Assembly (NCBI GenBank): GCA_016839445.1
Contig: JAEOUG010000186.1
Span: 1 to 18,118, forward strand
Reading direction: 5' to 3'
Length of the DNA: 18,118 nucleotides
From: Candidatus Thorarchaeota archaeon
GTDB taxonomy: Archaea; Asgardarchaeota; Thorarchaeia; Thorarchaeales; Thorarchaeaceae
The notes beneath the pieces were generated by a model. That model saw only the letters and a program-made list of their open reading frames with translations. It did not search any database and had not been told where the DNA came from. Of this stretch, positions 8,116 through 15,835 are shown piece by piece. How positions within the stretch are numbered: the stretch's first letter is position 1; every line of letters starts with the position of its first letter. The position numbers and the translations under genes are program-made.

Positions 8116-9107
8116 CCCGTCATGTATCTCTTCAGAACTCGTAGGGCTCGTAGAGTAATCCACTTTGACGGCGCGTTCTTCTTGTCTATCTTACAGACCA
8201 TCTTACCATTGAATGTGTCCTTGAGAAGCCACCGTCCGTCGTCATTCGCGGCAGCATTGACCACGTCGATTGAGTCCTGCATTCTCTCGTCCTTGATGCC
8301 TAGTTCTGTGAGGATGTCAAGTGCCTCCAGTATGTCAGACTGGTAGAAGAGCGGGAATCCAAAACGTTTCCATCCCGCTTTCTCCTTTCTAGATCCGTCC
8401 TTGTTCTTGAGGTACTTGTAGACCTGATTCTGGAGGATGACATCCACTTCGTTGGCGATGATCTCTTTGATTCTGGAGGAGCGCTTGTTCACCGGGATCC
8501 TTGCTAGTGCCTTCAGCACCTTGACTCTTCCCATGAAGCAGTTCTCCGGGAATACGCCCTCAGGGTTTATTGGGAACGCTCTGCACTTCCAACCGCCCTC
8601 CTCAGCGTAGTAGTCCTCTTGGAACTCGATGAGTCGTTGAGTTCTGGCGTCGTCCAAGTATCCGAAGTGGATAAGGTAGAAGAGGATGTTTCCATCGAGG
8701 CAGCAGCCGTCTTTCACCTCGCTTGCCCTTCCCTTCGACGTCTTTGGCATTGTAGTCAGGAAGTGGCCGGACTCGCGTTGGTATTGGAACATGTGTTCTA
8801 AGGCTCGCTCGATTGCCTCGTTTCTTTTCGCTCCCAGCTCGGCCAGAATGAGAAGATTGTGGGTTGTCGCGGTGTACTTCGGAAGGTAGAAGTCATCTGG
8901 CGAGGCCCAATGACCCTCCGGGGATTGTTGCCCCATGATCCTGGTTACGCACTCGGAGTGCATAACTTGCTCTTGCGCTGTGACCACGTCCGGGTCTTTC
9001 AAGGGTCTTCCGAGTATCTGCTGAAGTGCCCAGAAGCGAACGCCGGGGCTGTCTGGTTCGAGCAACCACTCGATGGTGTCCTCTCTGGCGAATTCCTCCC
9101 ATCTCAT
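8112..9107 (-). CDS. Prenyltransferase/squalene-cyclase (QW) repeat alpha/alpha-barrel protein of unknown function
   Basis: True start is probably the ATG at 9107 (MRWEEFAREDTIEWLLE; 331 aa), because the ORF-track extension to 9491 overlaps the OYE gene. QW-like repeats QQSPEGHW, YQRESGHF, EEGGW and NDDGRW; also FGFPLFYQSDILEAL and PSKWITLRAL. Confidence 0.8.
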   Translation of the reverse strand: MRWEEFAREDTIEWLLEPDSPGVRFWALQQILGRPLKDPDVVTAQEQVMHSECVTRIMGQQSPEGHWASPDDFYLPKYTATTHNLLILAELGAKRNEAIERALEHMFQYQRESGHFLTTMPKTSKGRASEVKDGCCLDGNILFYLIHFGYLDDARTQRLIEFQEDYYAEEGGWKCRAFPINPEGVFPENCFMGRVKVLKALARIPVNKRSSRIKEIIANEVDVILQNQVYKYLKNKDGSRKEKAGWKRFGFPLFYQSDILEALDILTELGIKDERMQDSIDVVNAAANDDGRWLLKDTFNGKMVCKIDKKNAPSKWITLRALRVLKRYMTG

Positions 9108-9130
9108 AATGGCCCCCAAGGTGAAGTCCG

Positions 9131-9140
9131 GTATTAAACG
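9131..9140 (-). promoter_or_regulatory. Putative TATA box for the QW-repeat gene
   Basis: Reverse complement reads cgTTTAATAc, about 25-30 nt upstream of the ATG at 9107. Confidence 0.4.
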
Positions 9141-9159
9141 TGACAGATGGAGCTTCGTG

Positions 9160-10203
9160 CTAGTCCTTCCATGGTACAATCTCGCCATCCCGGTCATCCA
9201 CGAGCTTGTTGACGAACTCTGGATCTGCAAGAAGCGCCCTACCAAGACCGAGCATGTCACACAGGTTCCTCCCGAGAACCTCTCGGGCGAGGGCTGCGTC
9301 ACGGACCATGCCCACACCAATGACAGGCACGCCAACATGCGGCTTGATTTTCGAGGCGCATGGAATACAGCTGTCATACTCGAATCCCTTGAGGAACTCT
9401 GGCATGGTCTCTTCAGTGAAGCGTGCTGGAACGCCCGGATTGTAGGTCTCATCCACGACACAGGAAACATGGAGCGCATCAGCCCCCGCATCTGCGTGGA
9501 GCCTGGCCAGCTCTATCCCCTCTTCCATCGTGATACCCCTCTCCACATTCTCGACACCATTCATTCTGAAGATGACAGGGTATTTGCCCAGCGCGCGCCG
9601 GATCCCTCGAATCACATCTGTCGAGAACTTGGCCCTCCTCTCAGTTGACCCCCCATACTCATCACTCCTCCTGTTAGTGTAGGGTGAGAGGAATGCACTA
9701 AGGAGGTAGAAATGAGCGCCGTGTACTTCGACGCCGTCGAATCCAGCTTCCTTCGCTCGTCGTGCTGCGTCCACGAACTTCTGCACAATCTCCTCAATCT
9801 CTTCAATGGACAGCGGCTCTGGGATCTTATTCTTCATCACCGGGATATCAGAGGGGCCCACGAATCGTGTGTCCATGTGGCTCTTGGGTCCGGAATGGTT
9901 GATTTGGATAAAGGCACGGGCTCCATGCTTCTTGATTCCTTCAGCGAGCCGCGAGAGCCCTTCAATAGTCACATCACTGTGAATGCCTATGTTCCGCTTC
10001 ATTATCCTGTGTTCCCAGGCGATGGCCGCTGCTTCCACAATGATGAGTCCGACTCCTCCTCGGCTCCTAGCTTCGTAGTGCTCAACTAGTTCATCCGTCA
10101 CAAGGCCATCATCTGACGCCAAGTTGCGTACCATTGGGGGCATGACCAGCCGATTCCTGACATTCAGGCCGGCAATCTGAATAGGGTCCTCAGGCCTGAC
10201 CAT
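9160..10203 (-). CDS. NADH:flavin oxidoreductase (Old Yellow Enzyme family, single TIM-barrel domain)
   Basis: Motifs RNRLVMPPM, RSRGGVGLIIVE, IQINHSG, AGFDGVEVHGAHFYLLSAFLSPYTNRRSDEYGGS and GRALLADP. ATG at 10203 follows GGAGTGA; alternative GTG at 10212. Confidence 0.92.
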   Translation of the reverse strand: MVRPEDPIQIAGLNVRNRLVMPPMVRNLASDDGLVTDELVEHYEARSRGGVGLIIVEAAAIAWEHRIMKRNIGIHSDVTIEGLSRLAEGIKKHGARAFIQINHSGPKSHMDTRFVGPSDIPVMKNKIPEPLSIEEIEEIVQKFVDAARRAKEAGFDGVEVHGAHFYLLSAFLSPYTNRRSDEYGGSTERRAKFSTDVIRGIRRALGKYPVIFRMNGVENVERGITMEEGIELARLHADAGADALHVSCVVDETYNPGVPARFTEETMPEFLKGFEYDSCIPCASKIKPHVGVPVIGVGMVRDAALAREVLGRNLCDMLGLGRALLADPEFVNKLVDDRDGEIVPWKD

Positions 10204-10218
10204 TGGATTCACTCCGGG

Positions 10219-11532
10219 CTAGAAGTCTGCTCCTGTTCTACCCAATCCCCATGTGTCCATTGCCTCTTTGAGGACTTCATTACCCTCTTCCTTCGCGAAC
10301 CTGCTAACAGGGATGCCCTGCATCTTGGCCTCCATGGCCAGACGAAACGCCCTTGCTCCCGCCCTCGGGCCCGAGGGATGTGCATGCACACCAGCCCCCG
10401 CCCCAATGACAATGTCTGGACCCAGATCTTCAACGACCTCCTCCACGTGTCCAGGGCTTATGCCGCCGCTAGGCATGGGTGCTGTCTGCTCGATGTTGTG
10501 AAGTGGCATCACCATATCGTGTGCGACGTTGAGGTATCGCTCCTTCAAGACAGGGGCCTTGCCATAGGGTGCCGGGAAGACTGTGATGTCTGACCCGCAG
10601 ATTCTGGGCAGTTTCCCTGTCACGATGTTTGACGCTATGCCCACAATAGGGGAGTACGAGATCGCGCCTGTGACATCCATGTGAGCAAGAACAGGGAGCT
10701 TTGGCGAGAGGTTCTCGCAGACGTGCCTGAAGGCTGAGTATCCAACTGCGAGGAAGTTGATCATCAGTCCGTTCGCACCTAGCTCTGCTGCTCTCTCTGC
10801 ATTCTCGAACATCTTGGGGATACTATCGGTGATATTCACGGTGTATAGCGTCTTCTCTCCTTTCTCTGAATCCGCCCTGTCAAGGGCTTCCATGAAGAGC
10901 GGGATGCGCTCCTCCAGTGTATTGAAGGAGGCATCAGCAAGGAGTTCGTCGTCCTTAATGATGTCTGCACCACCCGCGGCCGCCTCGTAGGCGAGTTCTG
11001 CTCCCATCTTGGCCTCCGTGTAGACGCAGGGTTTGATCATGTTGTTCAATAGTGGTCGCTTCTTGACTCCGAGAAGCTTCCTGAGACCTTTGATTCCGAA
11101 TTTCGGCCCCTTGAATCCCCTGAGCCAGCTCTTGGGGAACTTCATGTCCAGACACTTGATTCTACCATAGAGAGAGATATTCCCGATGACAGTAGTCAGC
11201 AACATGGGAATCTGCTGCCCGAAATTCTCGTAGGGGAATGCGACCTGCATGATGTACTGACGCCTCTCGAGGTCCTTTGGTATGCTGTACTCGTGCTGGG
11301 GGACCTCATAGACACCAATCACCTTGGCAACGTGACGCTTTCTCACACCGGGAGTCTCTCCAGGGACAACTGTCCAAGTGCCCGTGCTCTGCTCCACTGC
11401 TGCGTCCCATGCCATCTGTCTTGCATCTAGAAAGGGAGGCAATCCTACATAGTAGGTACAGATGACATACTTGTCTTCATCAATTGCATCCGGCAGGGCG
11501 TCCGGCAATGCATCAAGGGGGAATCGTTTCAT
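10219..11532 (-). CDS. RuBisCO-like protein (form IV RLP)
   Basis: Motifs EQSTGTW, IGNIS, FKGPKFGIKG, MIKP, GADIIKDDE, AHMD, FPAPYGK, PMPSGG and GAGAGVHAHP. Several carboxylase residues are substituted. Confidence 0.9.
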   Translation of the reverse strand: MKRFPLDALPDALPDAIDEDKYVICTYYVGLPPFLDARQMAWDAAVEQSTGTWTVVPGETPGVRKRHVAKVIGVYEVPQHEYSIPKDLERRQYIMQVAFPYENFGQQIPMLLTTVIGNISLYGRIKCLDMKFPKSWLRGFKGPKFGIKGLRKLLGVKKRPLLNNMIKPCVYTEAKMGAELAYEAAAGGADIIKDDELLADASFNTLEERIPLFMEALDRADSEKGEKTLYTVNITDSIPKMFENAERAAELGANGLMINFLAVGYSAFRHVCENLSPKLPVLAHMDVTGAISYSPIVGIASNIVTGKLPRICGSDITVFPAPYGKAPVLKERYLNVAHDMVMPLHNIEQTAPMPSGGISPGHVEEVVEDLGPDIVIGAGAGVHAHPSGPRAGARAFRLAMEAKMQGIPVSRFAKEEGNEVLKEAMDTWGLGRTGADF

Positions 11533-11585
11533 TCAGATCAACCAGCCTATAGAATACACACCCGTCTTATGTTCCTTTGGAGAGA

Positions 11586-11627
11586 CCCTCCCTCGGGCCT
11601 GATGTCGCCTCAGGCATTGCCGGAGGG
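11586..11627. repeat. Nested inverted repeat (hairpin or palindromic operator) in the RLP/fhs divergent spacer
   Basis: CCCTCC (11586-11591) pairs with GGAGGG (11622-11627). These enclose GCCTGA (11597-11602) and TCAGGC (11610-11615) around a 7-nt loop. Confidence 0.5.
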
Positions 11628-11693
11628 CTGTGTTTATCAGTGACCAAGGCAACCGCCAACTCGTTCAACCGTCCATAGGTTTGGTGAAGCCAG

Positions 11694-13295
11694 TTGTTGC
11701 GGATTACGGAGGTAGCCGAGAAGGCTGGGATTGACAGCAAGTTCCTGGAGACATATGGTCCATTCATGGCCAAGATCAACCTTGACATCAGGAAGACCCT
11801 TGGAGAACGGAAGGGCAAGCTGATTCTGGTCACAGCGACGAACCCGACACCCGCGGGAGAGGGGAAGACAACGAACTCCATCGGTTTGTCCATGGCCCTG
11901 AATGCGCTTGGGAAGAACGCAGTTGTCTGTCTTCGCCAACCGTCACTCGGGCCAGTCTTCGGGATAAAGGGTGGTGCTGCAGGAGGCGGGAAGTCCAAGG
12001 TTGAGCCCTTCGAGAACATCAACCTTTTCTTCACCGGCGATTTCCCTGCAGTTTCTGCGGCTCATAACCTTCTGTCCGCGATGATTGACAACTACATCCA
12101 TCACGACCACCAACCGGAGATTGATGTGCGCCGCGTTTATTGGCCACGGAATGTCGACATGAACGACAGAGCGCTCCGCAAGGTGATCGTTGGCCTCGGA
12201 GGCCGATGGAGTGGATTCCCACGAGAGGACACCTTTGTCATCACTTCGGCATCTGAAGTCATGGCAGTCCTCGGTATGTCTATGGACTATTCCGACCTGA
12301 AGCGACGGTTGGGTAACATACTCATCGCCCGTTCTGAGCAGCTAGAGGAGATGTTCGCCCGGGATCTGAAAGCCGAAGGCGCGATGACCGTACTTCTGCG
12401 CGACGCCCTTAAGCCCAATCTTGCTCAGACCAGTGAGGGGACGCCAGCTCTGATTCATACAGGTCCCTTTGCCAACATTGCTCATGGGACTAGTTCTCTA
12501 ATCGCGACAGACATTGCACTTCGTCTGTTTGATTACGTAGTGATAGAGGCTGGATTCGGCGCTGACTTGGGGGCTGAGAAGTTCTTCAATGTGGTCTCTA
12601 GAGCCGGCGATTTGAAAGTGGATGGAGTTGTCGTTATCACGACAGTGCGGGCACTGCAGGATCACGGAAATGGTGACATCAGCTTGGGCTTGCCGAATCT
12701 AGAGGCCCACATGGAGAATATCAACGGCTTCGGTGTCCCTGCAGTCGTTGCAGTCAACAAGTTCCCCGGTGATACTCAAGAGGAGATCTCTCTCATTCGA
12801 AAGTTCTGCGAAGAGAGGGGTTGGAAGATGGAGGTCTCAGAGGTCTTCGCAAAAGGAAGTAACGGTGGCAGGTCCATGGCTCAGGCAATCGTAGATGCAA
12901 TAGACCAGAATCCTGTCAAGAAGGTCAAGTACACTTACACCCTCAAAGATCCAATCAAGACGAAGATACTGAAAGTTGCCAAGAACATCTATGGGGCCGA
13001 AGACGTAGACTACACCACTGAGGCCAGAGGCACAATCCGTTCTCTAGAAAAAAGGGGCTACGGCGAGCTCCCCATCTGTGTGGCGAAGACTCAGTTCAGT
13101 CTCTCTGACACCAAGAGTCTCAAGGGCCGCCCTAAGGGATTCCACGTCGAGGTTCAGGGCGCAGACGTTTCTGCAGGGGCTGGATTCGTCGTCATCTACA
13201 TGGGCGACATAAGTCTGATGCCTGGGCTTCCTGAAGAGCCCGCAGCACAGGGGATGGATGTCGATGAGAACGGCAATATCAGCGGTGTCTTCTAG
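11694..13295 (+). CDS. fhs: Formate--tetrahydrofolate ligase
   Basis: Motifs VTATNPTPAGEGKTT, LRQPSLGPVFGIKGGAAGGG, TGDF, AHNLL, VDMNDRALR, HTGPFANIAHG, EAGFGADLGAEKF, AKTQFS and MPGLP. TTG start follows GGTGA. Confidence 0.97.
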   Translation: MLRITEVAEKAGIDSKFLETYGPFMAKINLDIRKTLGERKGKLILVTATNPTPAGEGKTTNSIGLSMALNALGKNAVVCLRQPSLGPVFGIKGGAAGGGKSKVEPFENINLFFTGDFPAVSAAHNLLSAMIDNYIHHDHQPEIDVRRVYWPRNVDMNDRALRKVIVGLGGRWSGFPREDTFVITSASEVMAVLGMSMDYSDLKRRLGNILIARSEQLEEMFARDLKAEGAMTVLLRDALKPNLAQTSEGTPALIHTGPFANIAHGTSSLIATDIALRLFDYVVIEAGFGADLGAEKFFNVVSRAGDLKVDGVVVITTVRALQDHGNGDISLGLPNLEAHMENINGFGVPAVVAVNKFPGDTQEEISLIRKFCEERGWKMEVSEVFAKGSNGGRSMAQAIVDAIDQNPVKKVKYTYTLKDPIKTKILKVAKNIYGAEDVDYTTEARGTIRSLEKRGYGELPICVAKTQFSLSDTKSLKGRPKGFHVEVQGADVSAGAGFVVIYMGDISLMPGLPEEPAAQGMDVDENGNISGVF

Positions 13296-13297
13296 AG

Positions 13298-14209
13298 GTG
13301 ATGTGGTTGGCAGATGAGAACGACGAGAAGCCGATCTGCGAAGATGGCGTCATAATGGGACGAAGGCTCTCCAAGCGAGTGCGAGCGGATGTGAAGGCCA
13401 GAATTGAGCGTCTTGTTGAGAAATATGGTGGGCCTCCCAAGCTGACGACAATTATTGTTGGCGAAGACCCTGGGTCACAGATGTACGTGCGCTCGAAGCA
13501 CAAAGCATCTGCGAACGTCGGTATCCTGTCGGATCACCATGACCTGCCCGAATCCACAACACAGGAGGAGCTCGTCCAGCTCATTGATGGACTCAACAGA
13601 GATCCCAGTGTGACAGGTATACTTGTGCAGCTTCCCCTTCCGAAGCACATCGATGAGAAGACAATCATTGGTGCCATTGACCCCCTGAAGGATGTAGATG
13701 GCTTCTCTCCACGCAACATCTACCGCCTCTTCTACGGTGGCGAGACGCTCAGTGCAGCTACACCCCACGGCATTGCACTGATGTTGGACAGCATAGGATG
13801 GAATGACTTGTCTGGCAAACATGCTGTTATTGTCAACCGGTCCACTATCGTCGGAAAGCCTCTGGTGTTCCTTCTTCTCAATCGCAATGCAACTGTCACT
13901 GTGTGTCACTCCAAGACCAAGGACCTACCATCCTTCACACGGCAGGCCGACATCCTGGTCTCCGGCATCGGACGGAGAACTTCCGACGATGACCCATTCT
14001 TCATAACCGCAGATATGGTGAAGGAGGGTGCCGTCGTTATTGACGTTGCTACTCCTCACGGAGATGTCGACTTCGAGCAGGTCAAGCTTAAGGCAAGCTG
14101 CCTGACTCCAGTCCCAGGAGGTGTGGGTCCGATGACAATCACAATGCTGCTCCAGAATCTCGCGGACGCCTACGCTGCTCAGAAGGAATCGCACTCTACA
14201 CCCCACTGA
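13298..14209 (+). CDS. folD: Methylenetetrahydrofolate dehydrogenase/methenyl-THF cyclohydrolase
   Basis: Motifs YVRSK (YxxxK), GILVQLPLP, KDVDG, NRSTIVGKP, TVTVCHSKT, GDVDF and TPVPGGVGPMT. The start may be at 13301 or 13307. Confidence 0.96.
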   Translation: MMWLADENDEKPICEDGVIMGRRLSKRVRADVKARIERLVEKYGGPPKLTTIIVGEDPGSQMYVRSKHKASANVGILSDHHDLPESTTQEELVQLIDGLNRDPSVTGILVQLPLPKHIDEKTIIGAIDPLKDVDGFSPRNIYRLFYGGETLSAATPHGIALMLDSIGWNDLSGKHAVIVNRSTIVGKPLVFLLLNRNATVTVCHSKTKDLPSFTRQADILVSGIGRRTSDDDPFFITADMVKEGAVVIDVATPHGDVDFEQVKLKASCLTPVPGGVGPMTITMLLQNLADAYAAQKESHSTPH

Positions 14210-14269
14210 CGAACCACATTCCCAAACGCTTTTGTACGAAGGCGCGTGGAGCGGGCACCGGTGAATCTT

Positions 14270-15829
14270 GTGAAAGTAGTCGAGTGCGTGCCAAACTTCT
14301 CCGAAGGAAAGCGCAAGGATGTCATTGATGCACTATCTGAGGCCATTCGTAGCGTGGACGGCGTCAGGTTGCTGGATGTCGAGTTCGATCCGGATCACAA
14401 CCGGTCGGTGTTCACCTTCATCGGCGAGCCCGAGAACGTCAAGAAGGCTGCATTGAAGGCAGCTGATGTGGCAGTCGAGAAGATTGACCTCACCAAGCAC
14501 AAAGGCGCTCATCCAAGGATGGGGGCAGTGGATGTTGTACCATTTATTCCGCTCCACGGGACAACCATTGGAGAGTGCATCGAGCTTTCAAAGGAGTTTG
14601 CTGACGAGTTCTCGAAGAAGCACAATGTGCCCGTCTATCTCTACAACAAGTCCGCCACACGGCCTGAGCGAGTAGAACTCCCGAACATCAGAGAAGGAGA
14701 GTTTGAGGGCCTCCGTGAGCTCATTGGATCTGACGTAGCAAAGACTCCAGACTATGGGCCCAACAAGATACACCCAACTGCAGGTGCCACCGCAACTGGC
14801 GCTCGCAATTTCCTGATAGCCATCAACTTCAATCTGAATACCACCAATCTTGAGGTTGCTAGAACCTGTGCCAATGCTGTCCGTGCTACCACTGGAGGTT
14901 TCGTGAACGTTCAAGGAATCGGTCTGGACCTGCCTGCGAAGAGCTGTGTACAGGTCTCACTCAATCTCACTCATCCGAAGCGCACCAAGATTCACCAGGT
15001 TCTCGAAGTGGTCCGAAACGAAGCGAAGCGCTTTGGCGCCACCGTCATCGAGACAGAGATTGTGGGTATGGTGCCACTCTTCGCCCTTCTTGATGCTCTG
15101 AAGTACTACCTGCAACCTGAGAAGCTGGACGAGTCCATGATCCTCGACCTCTATTACTTGGGAGGCGCAGAAGACCCGACATCAAAGACATTCACCGAGA
15201 TGTCGATGATTGACTTCGGCAATCAAGTTCGAAGGGCCCGTGCTACCCCTGGCGGTGGCAGTGTCGCCGCTGCCGTTGGCTCCTTTGGCGCAGCACTGGT
15301 CTGCATGGTGAGCGGCCTCTCTCTGACTGGAAGGAAGTTTGCAGCCATAAAGGAGGAGATGCTCGAACACAGGCATGCAAGTGAGTACGACCGCGGTGTG
15401 CTCATGGATCTCATAGAGAAGGACTCCAAGGCCTTCGATGTGGTCATGGAGAAATTCAAGATGCCTGAGGAAACCGCCGCTGAAAAGAAAGCAAAGGAAG
15501 GTGCTATTGAGGAAGCCACGATTCACGCTGCAGAGATGCCGCTGTCCACAATGCGTCATTCGTTCAGTGCTCTTGAACATGCGAAGGCAGTAGCGGCCAA
15601 GGGCAACATCAATACGATAACTGATGCAGGCGTTGCAGCCCACTCCCTGATGGCTGCCATTGAAGGTGCCGCGCTCAATGTCAGAATCAACCTCGGCAAC
15701 ATCAAGGACAAGAAGTTCGTTGATGCAACAGCCAAGGAAGTCGAGAAGATAATCGCTGAAGGCAGGAAGATCAAGGAAGAGGTTCTGGAGATAGTCGAAG
15801 CTCGAATGAAGGAACTCCAGGAGTCCTGA
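14270..15829 (+). CDS. ftcd: Fused glutamate formimidoyltransferase / formimidoyl-THF cyclodeaminase
   Basis: FT domain: ECVPNFSEG, DPDHNRSV, HPRMGAVDVVPF, GARNFLIA. CD domain: TPGGGSVAA, GNINTITDA, NVRINL. GTG at 14270 follows GGTGA; alternatives at 14246 and 14261. Confidence 0.94.
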   Translation: MKVVECVPNFSEGKRKDVIDALSEAIRSVDGVRLLDVEFDPDHNRSVFTFIGEPENVKKAALKAADVAVEKIDLTKHKGAHPRMGAVDVVPFIPLHGTTIGECIELSKEFADEFSKKHNVPVYLYNKSATRPERVELPNIREGEFEGLRELIGSDVAKTPDYGPNKIHPTAGATATGARNFLIAINFNLNTTNLEVARTCANAVRATTGGFVNVQGIGLDLPAKSCVQVSLNLTHPKRTKIHQVLEVVRNEAKRFGATVIETEIVGMVPLFALLDALKYYLQPEKLDESMILDLYYLGGAEDPTSKTFTEMSMIDFGNQVRRARATPGGGSVAAAVGSFGAALVCMVSGLSLTGRKFAAIKEEMLEHRHASEYDRGVLMDLIEKDSKAFDVVMEKFKMPEETAAEKKAKEGAIEEATIHAAEMPLSTMRHSFSALEHAKAVAAKGNINTITDAGVAAHSLMAAIEGAALNVRINLGNIKDKKFVDATAKEVEKIIAEGRKIKEEVLEIVEARMKELQES

Positions 15830-15835
15830 ATTCCT

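Noticed and set aside
8112-9107. Squalene-hopene cyclase or 'NifH' label
   Set aside because: No DxDD motif and too short for a cyclase. No P-loop or NifH motifs.
9108-9491. N-terminal extension of the 459-aa ORF 8112..9491
   Set aside because: It overlaps the OYE gene in another frame and has non-protein-like composition. The ATG at 9107 has its own TATA-like box.
10219-11532. Bona fide form III RuBisCO / CO2 fixation
   Set aside because: K177, R295 and H327 equivalents are substituted, and there is no AMP phosphorylase, R15P isomerase or PRK gene in the window.
11574-11627. Canonical glycine, THF or ZTP riboswitch
   Set aside because: Only fragments resemble the consensus and the core motifs are missing. 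Kept only as an unclassified structured element.
11676-11696. Selenocysteine/readthrough or frameshifted N-terminal extension of fhs at the in-frame TGA (11685-11687)
   Set aside because: An in-frame TAG lies just upstream with no start codon between them. The TGA is part of the GGTGA SD motif, and short Fhs N-termini are plausible.
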